Source: Leucoraja ocellata
Lineage: Eukaryota
Assembly (NCBI GenBank): GCA_036785375.1
Contig: JAWMAR010000267.1
Location: forward strand, 372,001-436,000
Length of the DNA stretch: 64,000 nucleotides
Direction: 5' to 3'
Below are positions 39,085 through 52,345 of this stretch, in pieces (position 1 is the stretch's first letter; the number at the start of each line of letters is the position of its first letter). Under the pieces are notes generated by a model. That model saw only the letters and a list, made by a program, of their open reading frames with translations. It ran no database searches and was not told the DNA's origin. A program made the position numbers and the translations under genes.

Positions 39085-39670
39085 TGAGGGTGAGCTTTAT
39101 CAGAATGTTGCCAGGACTCGAGGGCCTGAGGTTAAGCAGGCTGGGACTCTATTTCTTGGAGTGCAGGAGGTTGAGAGGTCATCTTATAAAGGTGTGCAAA
39201 ATCATGAGAGGTATAGATAGGGTAGACGCACAGAGTTTCTTGCCCAGAGTAGGGGAATCAAGAACCAGAGTACATAAGTTGAAGGGTCTCAACCCGAAAC
39301 ATCACCCATTCCTTCTCTCCAGAGATGCTGCCTGTCCCGTTGAGTTACTCCAGCTCTTTGTGTCTATCTTCGGTTTAAATCAGCATCTGCAGTTCCTTCC
39401 TGCACAGGGGAGAAAGTTGTAATAGGAATCTGAGGGGTAACTTATCCACACTAAGGGTGGTGCTTGTATGGAACGAGCTGTCAGAGGAGGTAGTTGAGGC
39501 AGGTAGTATCGTAATGTTTAAGAAACGTTTGGACAGGTGCATGAATAGGACATGTTTAGCGGGATATGCATCAACTGCAGGTAGGTGGAACGAGTGTAGA
39601 TGGGACATGTTGATCGGTGGGGGAAAGTTGGGCTGAAGGGCCTGTTTCCACACTGTATGACTCTATGACC
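39085..39670 (+). mobile_element. CR1 LINE 3' fragment (interrupted)
   Basis: FIRMLPGLEGL..LGLYFLECRRLRGHLIKVCKIMRGIDRVD...SRTRVHKLK. Tail gaagggcctgtttccacactgtatgactctatga. Confidence 0.88.
39279..39405 (+). mobile_element. Penelope-derived repeat inserted into a CR1 fragment
   Basis: tgaagggtctcaacccgaaacatcacc...gcatctgcagttccttcc interrupts CR1 sequence that resumes at about 39407. Confidence 0.82.
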
Positions 39671-39951
39671 ATGGGCAGCTTCTGTGGATAAACACAGTTA
39701 ATGTTTCATTGTAACTGGACAAGTGAGAAAACTTGTCTTATGTTGAAAAAGTGGTGGTGTATGGTGAGAACCAAGGGAATGTATGTTATTGGACAGAGGC
39801 CAGTGTTGTCCAAGTGACACAATTGCTTTCAGTATCATTGAGTTAATAGATGAATGAGGGCAGTTATAGAGAGGAGAAATAAACAAACATGTTGTAACTG
39901 TGAACGACAGAATGTAACAGTTGTTGGTCACCTGAAAACACAAGTGAATGC

Positions 39952-40242
39952 TGTGGCACAGTGGTGCAGCTGTTGGACCTACAGTGCCAGAGACCTGGGT
40001 TCGATCCTGACCTCAGGTGCTGTCTGTGTGGAGTTTGCATGTTCTCCCTGTGATCGCATGAGTTTCCCTGGGTTTCCTTCCACATTCCAAAGACTTGCGG
40101 GTTTGTAGGTTTATTGCCCGCTGTAAATTTTCCTTCGTGTGTAGGGAGAGGATGTTTAAGTAGGATTGGTGTGAATGGGTGATCGATGGTGCGGACTTGG
40201 TGGGCTGAAGGGCCTGTTTCCATGCTGTATCTCTAAACTAAA
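39952..40242 (+). mobile_element. tRNA-derived V-SINE (HE1-like)
   Basis: B-box-like GGTTCGATCC, V-domain gtgtggagtttgcatgttctccc, same CR1-like tail. Confidence 0.82.
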
Positions 40243-41382
40243 CTCAGCAGATCCGGCACCATCTGCGGAGGACGAAAAGCTGAGCTAATGTTAGAGGTGG
40301 ATGATCCTATATCACCATTGGCCAATGATGACATAACTGGTAAGCCTAGTTATCTGGAATTGTTCAATTTAAGACTAAATCCTGAAGGCTACAAGAAGTA
40401 TTTGTGGCCCCGGAATGTGGGAAAGGATGAGAGAAGATCCTTCCAACTGAAGCAGCAATCAACTCGCAGGTTTTTCCAATCTCATGTCTTACATTTAGTG
40501 CTCATGATGTGGTTTCCTCTAAAATGCTTTGTACAACAGCTTCATTTAGTCTGAACCATGTGTACTTTTTCAATGTTCTTGACCAACACATACCCCTTCA
40601 TCAACATCAACTAAACAGATTGAAGTTCCTATCTTGTTGCAGATTGTGGAGTCTTGCTGTGTGGAAAGTTATTGCAGCGTTTTAAAGCATTATTTCAGGT
40701 ATAATTCTGCAAAATAACTTTGGGAGTCTGTTTCAGTGTCTGATATTTTTAACCTTATTTTCTATCTTCCTTTTGCTTTCCATGTATCTACATTGCAGTA
40801 TCTGACTCCCTCTTTGCCTTCGTTCCTCCTCCCTGACATTTACTGTATCTTGAACACTTTTACTTCCTTTGCATCTCTGACTTCCTTCCCCTTACTCCAT
40901 GCATCTCACTTTTACACCCCTCTCTTCCATCTGCTCATTTATCGCACTCTCTCTGCTCAAATGCCGCTCCAAGTGGTCTAGCACAAGGAACACACACACA
41001 GACTGTAGCGGCATGGAGCGGTGTTGCAGCGGTGGTGGACATCGAGACATCAGCTAGCCAGGATAGCCCCACAACTATGACCCAGTGCCACTGCCAGGCC
41101 CTTGGGTCTTTTGGGCCAAGTTAAAACTCTAACTTATTTCAAAATTTTGGAGTTAAAAGGTATAAGATGACACTTAAGACAGAGCGACTCTTGTGTACTG
41201 ACTCAGTGTGGTCTACTCACTTACACTCTTATACCCAGCATGATTGGGCCCAATGTATAGTCGCATTGTCACTGAACTGTATGCATTTCACTGTACTTAG
41301 GTACAATAATGTATAATTGAACCATTGAGTCAAATACCTGTCCTGTGCAGTTGATTTTAATACCCTTCCTCTATTCAAACAT

Positions 41383-41595
41383 TCTGTGGAATTTTCTGCC
41401 ATAGAGGCAGGTTCTCTAGATGCTTTCAAGAGAGAGCTAGATAGGGCTCTTAAAATAGCGGAGTCAGGGAATATGGGGAGAAGGCAGGAACGGGGTACTG
41501 ATTGGGGATGATCAGCCATGATCACATTGAAGATGGCTCGAAGGGATGAATGACCTACTCCTGCACCTATTGTCTATTGTCTATTGTCTATTTTC
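41383..41595 (+). mobile_element. Young CR1 LINE 3' end
   Basis: Close match to copies at 54113-54360 and 63670-64000. (TATTGTC)n tail. Confidence 0.85.
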
Positions 41596-42319
41596 TGTGT
41601 ATTTCAAAATATTTTTCCCAATCTTATGTATTCTCCCCATTTCCCCTTGTTTTGAGAGTCTCCACACCACAATCCCTCAGCCCGCTCTCTACCCTTATGT
41701 CCCATCCCTCCAAACTCCTGCAAGTGCACTCCATTGACCACTGACAGATTAAAGTGGAGAATAGATTTATGAGCTGCCAGCTTAGCAAAGGCACAGCTTC
41801 AGAACAGTGGTATTTCAATATTATCTCACATTGAATGGACTTGTGAGTATTTATTTTCATCAAATGAAACCAACAGTCTCCAGGACAGAACAATAGGAAC
41901 ATCCATACATGCTACATGAACAATGTGGAGAGATACGTTTCTGAGCAGCAGTAGTGAAGAGGCCAGTCCAACAGTGGATGGATGGAGACGTCAGATCGAT
42001 AATGGGTGGACGGAAATGTCAGATCGATGTTGGGTGGATAGAGAGGCAGGTCCAATAGTGGATCAATCCCACAGTGGAGGGCTGAAGAAGTCAGATCAAC
42101 AGTGGATGATGGTGGGAGTTAGTGACAACTTGGCGATTCAAATGAACCCTCAGATGATGGTATGCCCCACAGTCAGGGAATACTTTGTACTCTGCGAACA
42201 TGTGCTCTGATGTACGTACATCCACATGTAAGTTGCAATCACCAGCCCCCACAACCAATTTTTGTAGCCACTTCAAAAAAAATTCCAGAATATCAATTTA
42301 CACATCAAATTTAATGGTA

Positions 42320-42650
42320 AGTGTCAGCTTGGTTAAATGATAACATTTCTACTTCAGAATCAAGGCTGTGGATTGAAGTACAATTTCAAGCCTGATACAA
42401 CGCAAACACCGTTTTAAAATAAAATCCCAGGCATCAGTTTAAAATAGATAGAGAGTTCTTCCAAGGTCAATGTTTATAATTATCCTTGAAATAGGATTAC
42501 CACGGTGGATATCTGGTTGTTTTCAAATTGTTGTTTGTGAGATCTTGCTGTGAGGAAATTAGCCACATGTTTCCTCTTGTTACAACAGTGGCTGCACTAC
42601 ACAAGTACTTCACTGGATGAAAAATACTTTGGGACATCTTGAGGCTATTT
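42320..42650 (+). mobile_element. Probable ancient Deu-domain SINE (SacSINE1/AmnSINE1-like)
   Basis: tgtttgtgagatcttgctgtgaggaaattagcc...acaacagtggctgcactacacaagtacttcactgg...ctttgggacatcttgagg resembles my recollection of that family's 3' part. Related pieces near 40610-40740 (+) and 63310-63415 (-). Confidence 0.5.
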
Positions 42651-43817
42651 ATCGCTTCATTTAGAGGATGGACATATGTCTGGCAAAGCCAGAACTCATG
42701 GCCCAGACCTAAATGATATTAGTGGCTTGTTTGGTTTTTCACCTAAATTAAGTTCAGTTAAGGATAACCCACAATGATGATCCAGAACACAAACAAACCT
42801 GAATAGATAAATAGGGTAAAACTACTTTCCACGAGGGACATTAACAACCTCTTTTAATTTTTATTCCAAGGTTATTTAATTGCTTGAATTAAATTTGTCA
42901 GGTAGCAAGTCGGGATTTGAACATGTATCTCAGGATGAATTGTCTAAGCTTCTGGATAGCCGAGGATACAAACACAGCCATTCTGCATACAAACACAGTA
43001 ACAAATATTCAGCCATCAGAGCTAATTCCTCTCCAAGTGGAACTCAAGTTTTTAGCGTTTTTTAATTTGTTTTTGTTTTTTATTGTGTGAAATAAATCTG
43101 TTAATTTTAATTATTAAACATCAGTCAGAGTTGAATAAACTGTCCGTCTCTGAATTTCCATGTGGAATAACACATCAATATTAAAATTTGCATTTCAATA
43201 AAATCTATTCAATTCATTACTTGTAACGTGTCTTGACATTCTTTACTCACATAACTGCTTCTCCTATGCTAGTAAATAATTTAAATATATACAGGATAAT
43301 AAATCACTTAACATATATACATCCAGTTATAAGCATAATGAGCAGTTGAAATGTTGATGTCAACTTTGAAGATTAAGAAGGTTCATGAAAAACATGATGG
43401 CAAGTCATGGCAGACACTGTTAGTTAGACATTGGTGCTTTTTCTTTCCACTTATTGATGACAAATCTACGAGGAGCAGTACACTGTTTACAGAAGCCACT
43501 ACAAGCAACCAGAAGTGCTATAACATCGGGATTTATGTTGGGTAGAGCAATGGGGCACTACTCTTTTGCATGGAGAGCAAGATTTACTATTCAAATACTT
43601 CTGAAGACTACTCACATGAAATGTGTTTTACTTGAACCATACACAGATAGGTGCAGATATGTTTAGTCATGTTTAAAGAGACCAAATGCCACAATACTCT
43701 CTACAATGCCTTCAGCATCTCCCCACTGCTCTGCTCACCGCTCCCTTGCTGCTTCCTTCACCGGCCCATTATTGAGTTACTCGCTGTCCCCAAAAAGGCC
43801 AACTTGCCATATTCCAT

Positions 43818-44815
43818 GTGTAAGAATGATTCCAGGAATGAGTGGGTTAGCACATGATGAGCGTTTGACAGCACCGGGCTGGAGTTTAGAAGATTTAAGA
43901 GGAACCTCATTGAAACTTACAGAATAATGAAAGCCATGGATAGAGTGGATGTGGAAAGGATGTCTCCATTGGTGGGAGAGTCTAGAACCAGAGGTCATAG
44001 CCACAGAATTAAAGGGTGCTCTTTATGAAAGGAGATATGGAGGAACTTCTATAGTCAGACGGTAGTTAATCTGTGAAACTCATTGCCACAGAGGGCTGTG
44101 GAGGCCCAGTCAGTATATATTTTTAAGGCAGAGATAGGCAAATTGTTGATTAGACTGGGTGTCAAAGGTTATGGGGAGAAGGCAGGAAAGTGGGATTAGG
44201 AGGCAGAGATCAAACATGATTCAAAGGCGGAGTGGACTAGATGGGCTGCATGGCCTAATTCTACTCCGATAAGTTGTGAACTCCTTCCTATCTAGTCTTG
44301 AGTTGTATACACAATTACCACTATTTTACTTCACGTAGGGAATTGAAAGATATAGACCATTTGCAGACAGATGTGCAATTTAAATTGGCACCGACATCAT
44401 GATGCTGCCTGACCCGTTGAGTTAGCCAGCTTTGTGTCCTTTTATTTAAATATAACCTTGGTTAGGCTGCATTTGGAGCATTGTGTGCAGTCCTGGTCAC
44501 CACATTATATGTAAGACTTGGACGGGGCGCAGAGGAAGTTTAGAGGAAATTAGCTGTAAGGAGCGGTTGGACTCACTTGGATTGAAGGGAAACCTGATAG
44601 AAATTTATAAAATGACGAGAGGTAGACTGTCAGAATATATTTTCCAGGGTGGAAATCTCAAATACTCGAGTGCATTGGGTTCAGATGGGAGGAGGAAGGT
44701 TCAAAGGTGAAGTTCAGAGCAAGTGTTTTGCATAGAATGCTTGGAACAGGCTGCCAGAGGTGGTGGTGGAAGTAGAGACGATAGTGGCCTTTAAGAGGTT
44801 TTTAGATAGACAATC
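43818..44815 (+). mobile_element. Two CR1 LINE 3' fragments (43818-44280 and 44455-44815)
   Basis: RMIPGMSGLAHDERLTA, SRTRGH and LVRLHLEHCV motifs. Confidence 0.85.
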
Positions 44816-45342
44816 ATCACTTCATACTTTGTTTCATGACTGTTTTCACTTGTGGACCTGGACAGTGAGTGCTGGCTGGATATTTGTGCACTGATACATG
44901 TCTAGATTTCATCCAGAATCCCTGAATACACTTATTGATTGGGAGCAGTATGTTCTGAATCTTTTCACTACAAACATCCATCCCCATCCTGTGTATAACA
45001 AGCAATTACATATCAGTCAACTATTTCTCTGTGCTATTTACAAAAGCAATAGCTTTACTGATATGATTAAACATTCCTGTATTGGTCATTTTAAATTTTG
45101 TGGGTGACCCCATGGAATCGAGAAGTGAAAATACTCTGGTATTTTTCTCTTTATACTATCCGTTGCAATTGTGTATGGTTTGATTATACTCATGTACATT
45201 ATGGTTTAACTGGGCAGGGTATAATCAAAGTTTTCCACTGTATTTCAGTATGCATGACAATAATAAATCAAAACCATATTCTTATGATATTTATAATATA
45301 CCGTGTTATTAACAATTTCCTAAGTTGCCTTGTACATCAGTA

Positions 45343-45990
45343 AGCATGCAGGTACAGCAGTCAGCGAAGAAAGCTAATGGCATGTTGGCCTTCATAACAA
45401 GAGGACCTTCTGCAGTTGTACAGGGCCCTGGTGAGACCACACCTGGAGTATTCTGTGCAGTTTTGGTCTCCTAATTTGAGGAATGACATTCTTGTTATTG
45501 AGGAAGTGCAGCGTAGGTTCACAAGGTTAATTCCCGGGATAGCGGGACTGATGAAAGAATGGAACGAGTAGGCTTGTATGCACTGAAATTTAGAAGGATG
45601 AGAGGCCACCTTATAGAAACATATACAATTATTAAGGGATTGGACATGCTAGATGCAGGAAACATGTTCCCGATATTGGGTGAGTCCAGAACCAGGGGCC
45701 ACAGTTTAAAAATAAGGGGTAAGCCATCTGAGATAAGAAAAAATCTTTTCACCCAGAGAGTTGTGAATTTGTGGAATTCTCTGCCTCAGAAAGCAGTGGA
45801 GGCTGACTCACTGGCTGCATTCAAAAGAGAGTTATATAGAGCTCTTAGGGCTACTGGAATCAAGGGATATGGGGAGAAGGCAAGAATGGGGTCCTGATTG
45901 TGGATGATCAGCCATGATCACATCAAATGGCGGTGCTGGCTCGAAGGGCCGAATGGCCTACTTCTGCACCTATTTTCTATGTATCTATAT
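45343..45990 (+). mobile_element. CR1 LINE 3' fragment
   Basis: GLYALKFRRMRGHLIETYTIIKGLD...SRTRGHSLKIRGK...FTQRVVNLWNSLPQKAVEA. Confidence 0.92.
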
Positions 45991-46314
45991 ATCCATAATA
46001 TAGTACTTGATGACTTGCAGAAGTAGCAATGGGGATTGTCGGTGTTGTGGATTCCATCTTCCAAAATTCAATAGATTCAAGAATGTTCCTACTGATTGGC
46101 AGTAAATATAAACACATTATTTAAAAGTGAGGAAAAAAATTATAGTTAACCTGACTTCAGTGGGAAGGACTCAGAGAATGATTACAGTACCTAAGGAGAC
46201 CACTATCCCCATTGTGTCTATGCTGGCTCTCTACCAAAGCAAATTAATAGATCCACTCCCTGCTCTTTCTCCAGAGCCATGCATTGTTTTCCTCTCCAGC
46301 ATTCACTTCGAGGG

Positions 46315-47430
46315 GACTAGAATATAAAACAGGGATGTAATGCTGAGACTTTATAGAGCACTGGTCAGCCCGCATTTGGAGTATTGTGGGCGGTTTTGAG
46401 CCCCATATCTGAAGAAGGATGTGCTGGCGTTGGAAGAGGTCCAGATGAGGTTTACGACAATGATCCTAGCGATGATTGGGTTAATGTATGATAAGTGTTT
46501 GATGGCTCTGGGCCTGCACTCATGGATTTCAGTAGGATGAGGGAGGATCTCATTGAAACTTATCACATAATGAAAGGCTTGGATAGGGTAGATGTGGAGA
46601 CGATGTTTCCACTGGTGGGAGAGTCTAGCACCAGAGGGCACAGCCTCAGAATTATAGGATGTACCTTAGGAAAAGAGATGAGAAGGAATTTATTTAGTTT
46701 GAGGGTTATGTATTTCATTGCCACAGATGGTTGAGGGGTAGGGGCGTCAAAGGTTATGGGGAGAAGGCAGGGGAATGGGATTGAGAGTAAAATATAAATC
46801 AGCCATGATTGAATGGTGGAGCAGATTTGATGGGCCAAATGGTTTAATTCTGCTCCTATGACTTATGAGCATGAACATTCATGCATAAGTTTAAGTTTTT
46901 GTCTATTTCTCATGTTTTCTCCATGTACTATTTTTTTTAACTATTGTATGCCCATAGAACACTTTTAGATTCTCATTAATGCTGGAAGTCAGTAAATAAC
47001 AGCAGCAGTCGGCAGAGTCAATGTGGATTAAGAAAGGGGAGACCATGTTTGCCAAGTCTACTGAAGATTATGAGGTTATCACCAGGGCAATTGATAATAG
47101 CGAACCAGTTAACAGAGCTGACAAAGTGGGTTCAAGGAAAATGTTTCTCCTGGTTGAGCAGTCTAGAGTTCAGGGTCACGATTTAGGAAATAAGGGTAGG
47201 CACAATTTGGGAATGACATGGTGAGAATTGTCTTCACTAAGAGGGTGAAGATTCCTTGGAATACCCTTCCCGAAGGATGTGGGGGCTCAGATGTTGTGTT
47301 CATTCAGCATGGATCGGAAGATTTCTGGGCATCAAGGGGATAAAGGATTACTGAAACAGAACGGACAAATGCGTTGAGGAGAGGATCAGCCGTGATCTTC
47401 ATGAATGAAGAGTAGGTGCAGAGGGCAAGA
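46315..47430 (+). mobile_element. CR1 LINE fragments (46315-46870 and an older one at 47110-47430)
   Basis: RMREDLIETYHIMKGLDRVDVETMFPLVGESSTRGHSLRI. Confidence 0.85.
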
Positions 47431-47764
47431 TGATGCAGAACTACAGAAACTAATGGTGCATAAAACAGCAGGATGGGGCATTGTGGTACAGCATGTTATG
47501 TGCTATTACTGGTTTCCAGAGACATGATTCTGGCATTTGGAAAACGCTAAAACCTTTTCACCTCTAAGCCTCTCACTTCGTTTTTTTTAGAGGCAATACA
47601 TCTTTCACTACCTTCATCCATAGGTTGCATTTTTATAGAACTCCAGATTTGCACCATCCCCACAAATCACCTTTGATGCTCCTTGCAGTCAACAAGTGAT
47701 GTTCTCTAAACAGCACAATGAATTATTGATTCTTAATATAATGAAACTGAGAATTAAACTAGGT

Positions 47765-47893
47765 ATGTGGTAACGAACTGCAGATGCTGGTTTAAATCGA
47801 AGGTAGACACAAAATGCTGGAGTAACAGCGGGACAGGCAGCATCTCTGGAGAGAAGGAATGGGTGACGTTTCAGGTCGAGACCCTTCTTCAGG
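47765..47893 (-). mobile_element. Penelope-derived repeat with near-intact hammerhead core on the minus strand
   Basis: Minus strand reads cCTGAAGAAGGGTCTCGACCTGAAACGTCaccc. Confidence 0.85.
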
Positions 47894-49169
47894 CAAGATG
47901 ACGTCTTCTGTTTCTTATTCTCATGTTCCTATCTGACCAAGGAAGCTCTTTTTGCTGAGTGACATGATCTGCACAAAAATGTGAGGCATTGCATTAAGAA
48001 AAGAGCTAAAAATGAAAGGGACCAATATTTTACAAGTCATTGATGGAAGGAGCAATACACATGAGTAATACTTTCTCTCAATAATACAGCATACTCCGTT
48101 TAAACTATTAAATAACTAATGAAATCAGGAACTGAATCATGATATTGCCATGGCTCTCTTATACCTGATCCAACATTAAACCTAACTCAAAGTTTGAAGT
48201 CTGGGAGTCTGCACCACAGCCTATAGTGTAGAATTCCTCTTCCAAGCATAATATTTAAATCTGAAACTGTTCCAAAAGTGGAACACTCTTATTATCAGTG
48301 ATCTATTGCTGTGCATTTTAAAGTGCAACATTCATCACCAAACAACGCATACATTTGGAGCTGTAACCAATTCAAATGAAAATGGTCTGTTTATTCTTTT
48401 GGTGAAGGCATTAGCCCATTTATTTTATGCCTTGTGAAACCAGAGTACCCAGTATTTTGCTCCCACTGCTCTCCAATGACTTGTCAGATTTTACTGGGTA
48501 CTCTCGTCAGCAGTACGCTTCCTTTGTTCATTTAACTGAGTTTAATTTCAACAAGACTACAATTCTCATCCTTGTTTTCAAATCACTTCATTTAATTGTC
48601 TCCCCTCATCTCTATAAGCTCCACAAGCTCCACCTTAGATGTGTGTGCTTCTCCAGTTCTGGCATTTTGTGCACCCCTGATTATAATCACTCCTCCATTA
48701 ATAATTATTACTAACACTAATCAGCACTGATCCATCACAGTGTGGAATGAATGCATGCCATTTGAGTTTCAAGTGAAGAAAATCATGTTACACCTCCATT
48801 AACAAGAGATCTCAATAAAATAGCAGCATCAACCTGAACAAGGACCTGGCTAGTGACCCAATTGAATCCAACATCTGGACTAGATCTTCTATTCCACAGA
48901 TGGAGAGCTTTGTGCTGGATATAAACTGGACAAGTAAGATGGGGCCACATTTTACATTGAATTAAACACAAATTATGTCCTGATCATTTGCACATCAGTC
49001 CTCATGCATACAGTCAAAATGTAATCCTGTCGTTAGTTGCAACTAGGTGATGGACGTGTCATGTGACATGAAAATGATGTAAAGGATCACATGGTAATTT
49101 CACTGCACTGGCCAAAACATAATGAGAAGTAAGTTCAGTAAATGCATGAATGTGTGACAAAAAAATTCT

Positions 49170-49650
49170 CCACTACCATCCTCCATCAGCAGGCCAAATG
49201 TATTTCTTCTTTTAACTCCATTGACATCCTCAAAGTCAAAGTTGTAGCTGTGAGAACTTGCATGGTACTTTGTAGGACTTGTGGAACAATCTTATTCTGA
49301 TCCAACAGGAGACCCTTCCTTCACCTTAACTTCCATACGTTGATTGCTCTACTGGCCCCTGCTCTCATACAGAACACATTTGGAGCCAGTTTCCACTCTG
49401 CTCTTACTTGTACATCATCTATATTTGACTCTTGCCGTTCTTGATGTATCTATCCTCATTTCAGGGGATAGGCCAGTGAACAATTTCCTTTACAGGCCCA
49501 CAGACTCCCACAGTTATCATGACTACACTTCTTCTCTCTCACTTCCATTCCCTTCATCCCAGTTTCTCCACTTCTATCATATCTACTCTGATGATGACTC
49601 GTTTCACAGCAGTATTTCTGATGTCCTCCTTTAATCTTCAAAGAGAAAGG
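49170..49650 (+). mobile_element. Old degenerate Penelope-like RT fragment
   Basis: YRPTDSHSYHDYTSS...PSSQFLHFYHIYS aligns with YKLTDSHGYLDYTSS...PYCQFLCLRRICT of the element at 50.6 kb. Many disruptions. Confidence 0.75.
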
Positions 49651-50627
49651 AGTTTAGGAAAAAACTCAGAATTTTGCCTAGGAAGCTGAACATGATTTAA
49701 CTTTTTCCCCGAGGCATTTCCTGTTTGATACTGATGGCATTTACAAGGCTTTTAATAGACAAGTAAAATACAGAGAAGTTAATGCATTTCTCTGGCTGAA
49801 CTTGTAAGCAGTTTGTACCTGAGGGAGAGAACATTAACCATGATTTTACAACCAGATTTTATAACCAAGTTAATAACAGCACAATTATGAGTACCTTTTT
49901 AATTTCCTGATGAGTGCTTCGAAGGAACAAGACTCCCTTACAGTATCTCAAACTCGAAAAGTAAACCTCACTAAGGAGACAATGATATTTGCATTTGTAT
50001 CCAAGGAAACTACAATGAATGTTCCATTGAACAAAAACAAATTATGGCATCTTAAATCTCATAATATTGTAACTTAACTTAATTGAAATAAACATGTAAT
50101 TGCTGATACACACTGTCAATATAGTGAAAAGGCTTTATACTGTAATAGATGTAAATAGATTGCTACAGGTTTAAAAATCAACTGAGCAGAACCTTTTCGT
50201 CAATCTCATGTCATTGTTTGGCAATTTCCTTGCGTTACACATATGAAAGGCCTAATGAAGGGCCTTTGAAATTCAAAGTCCGAGCTATTTTTGGAGCGGT
50301 CTGTTCAATAGCACTGGTTATAGAAACAGACAGAATGAGTCCATTGAGGTTTTATGCTAAGTTTTGCTTTGAATGGATTTGGCAGCTGGTAATCCAAACA
50401 GGACACAGTTATTACATGAGACGTGAGAGGTTTCTTCAGCAAATGGACCAGCTGAATTTGGGAACCCTGCCCTGAAGAAACCAACATGGTAACAGTGACA
50501 CTAATCAATGGATTTTGATTCCAAACATCTCTGTTATGGTTAAAATTGGACGACTTACCATTTAACTGCACATTTTGCAGCATTTTCCTCACATGACTTC
50601 AAGATTCTCACATCCAATATCCAATAT

Positions 50628-52008
50628 CACATTCCAAATACAAGGCGTAGGTATGGGCACATGCATGGGCCCCAGCTATGCCTGTCTCTTTGTAGGGTAC
50701 ATCGAACAATCCTTGTTCGAGGCGTACCGTTGTCCTATCCCTGAACTATACCTCCACTACATTGACGACTGCAATGGTGCCACCTCCTGCACCCATGCAG
50801 AACTCACTGACTTCATCCATTTCACCACTAACTTCCATCCGGCATTCAAATTCACCTGGACCATTTCCGACATCTCCCTACCGTCTCTAGTCATCTCCAT
50901 CGCAGGTAACAGACTACTGACCGACATCTACTACAAACTCACTGACTCCCATGGCTATCTGGACTACACTTCTTCCCACCCCGCTTCCTGTAAGAACTCT
51001 ATCCCCTACTGCCAATTCCTCTGTCTACGCCGCATCTGCACCCAGGATGAGGTGTTCCAAAACAGGGCACCAGAGATGTTCTCATTCTTTAGGGGACGGG
51101 GGTTCCCCTCTTCGACTATAGATGAGGCTCTCACCAGGGTCTTCTCTATATCCCGTAGCTCTGCTCTCATTCCCCATCCCCCCACTCATAACAAGGGCAG
51201 TGTCCCCCTTGTCCTCACCTTCCACCCTATCAGCCGTCACATACAACAGATAATCCTCCAACATTTCCGCCACCTCCAACAGGATCCCACCACTGACCAC
51301 ATCTTTCCATCTCCTCCCCTTTCGGCTTTCTGCAGAGACCACTCCCTCCGTAACTCCCTGGTCAACTCGTCCCTCCCCACCCAAACCACCCCCTCCCCTG
51401 GTACTTTCACTTGCAACCGCAGGAAATGCTACACTTGTCGCTTTACCTCCCCCCTTGACTCCATCCAAGGACCCAAGCAGTCTTTCCAGATGAGACAGAG
51501 GTTCATCTGCACCTCCTCCAACCTCATCTATTGCATCCGCTATTCTAGGTGTCAACTGCTCCACATCGGTGAGACCAAACGCAGGCTTGGCGATCGCTTC
51601 GCCCAACACCTCCGCTCAGTTCGCAATAATCTGATCTCCCGGTGGCTCAGCACTTCAACTCCCTCTCCCATTCCGAATCTGACCTTTCTGTCCTGAGCCT
51701 CCTCCATGGCCAGAGTGAATCCCACCGCAAATTGGAGGAGCAGCTCCTCGTATTTCGCTTGGGTAGTTTACACCCCAGCGGTATGAACATTGACTTTTCC
51801 AATTTCAAGTAGTCAGTGCTTTCTCCCTCATTCCCCTCCCCTTCCCAGCTCTCCCACAGCCCACTATCTCTGCCTCTTCCTTTCTAATTCCTGCCCCCCC
51901 CTCCCCCCACATCAGTCTGAAGAAGGGTCTCGACCCGAAACATCGCCTATTCCTTCGCTCCATAGATGCTGCTTCACCCGCTGAGTTTCTCCAGCATTTT
52001 TGTCCACC
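50628..52008 (+). mobile_element. 5'-truncated Penelope-like retroelement (RT plus GIY-YIG endonuclease, probably Neptune-type) with terminal hammerhead module
   Basis: ORF 50575-51696 has RT motifs QIQGVGMGTCMGPSYA and YLHYIDD, a Cys linker CNRRKCYTC, and GIY-YIG-like LIYCIRYSRCQLLHIGETKRRLGDRFAQH. A frameshift near 51630 continues as DLPVAQHFN...LGSLHPSGMNIDFSNFK with TAG at 51810-51812. Candidate TSD TCCAATAT at 50620-50627 and 52009-52016. Confidence 0.92.
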
Positions 52009-52019
52009 TCCAATATACT

Positions 52020-52345
52020 AGTTTAGTTTACTTTAGAGATAGAACATGAAAACAGGCACTATGGCTCAATGAGCCCACACTGACCATTGACCCATTCATT
52101 CACCCTTGTTCTATGTTATCCCATTTTCTCATCCACTCGTTACACATTAGAGTTAATTTTACACAGTGGCAAGTTAACTACAAGCCCACATGTCTTTCGG
52201 ATGTAGGAGTAAACCAGGACACCCTGAGGAAATCCACTCGATTGCAGTGAGAATGTGCAAACTCCTCACTGACAGCATCTAAGGTCAGGATGGAAGTCGG
52301 GTGTCGGGCACAGTGAGGCACCAGCTCCACTACTGCACCATTATG
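52020..52345 (-). mobile_element. tRNA-derived V-SINE (HE1-like), diverged
   Basis: Reverse complement of the family from tail (agtttagtttactttagagat) to head (cagctccactactgcacca). Confidence 0.75.

Noticed and set aside
51082-51609. 175-aa antisense ORF
   Set aside because: Shadow frame of the Penelope-like ORF with no independent motifs.
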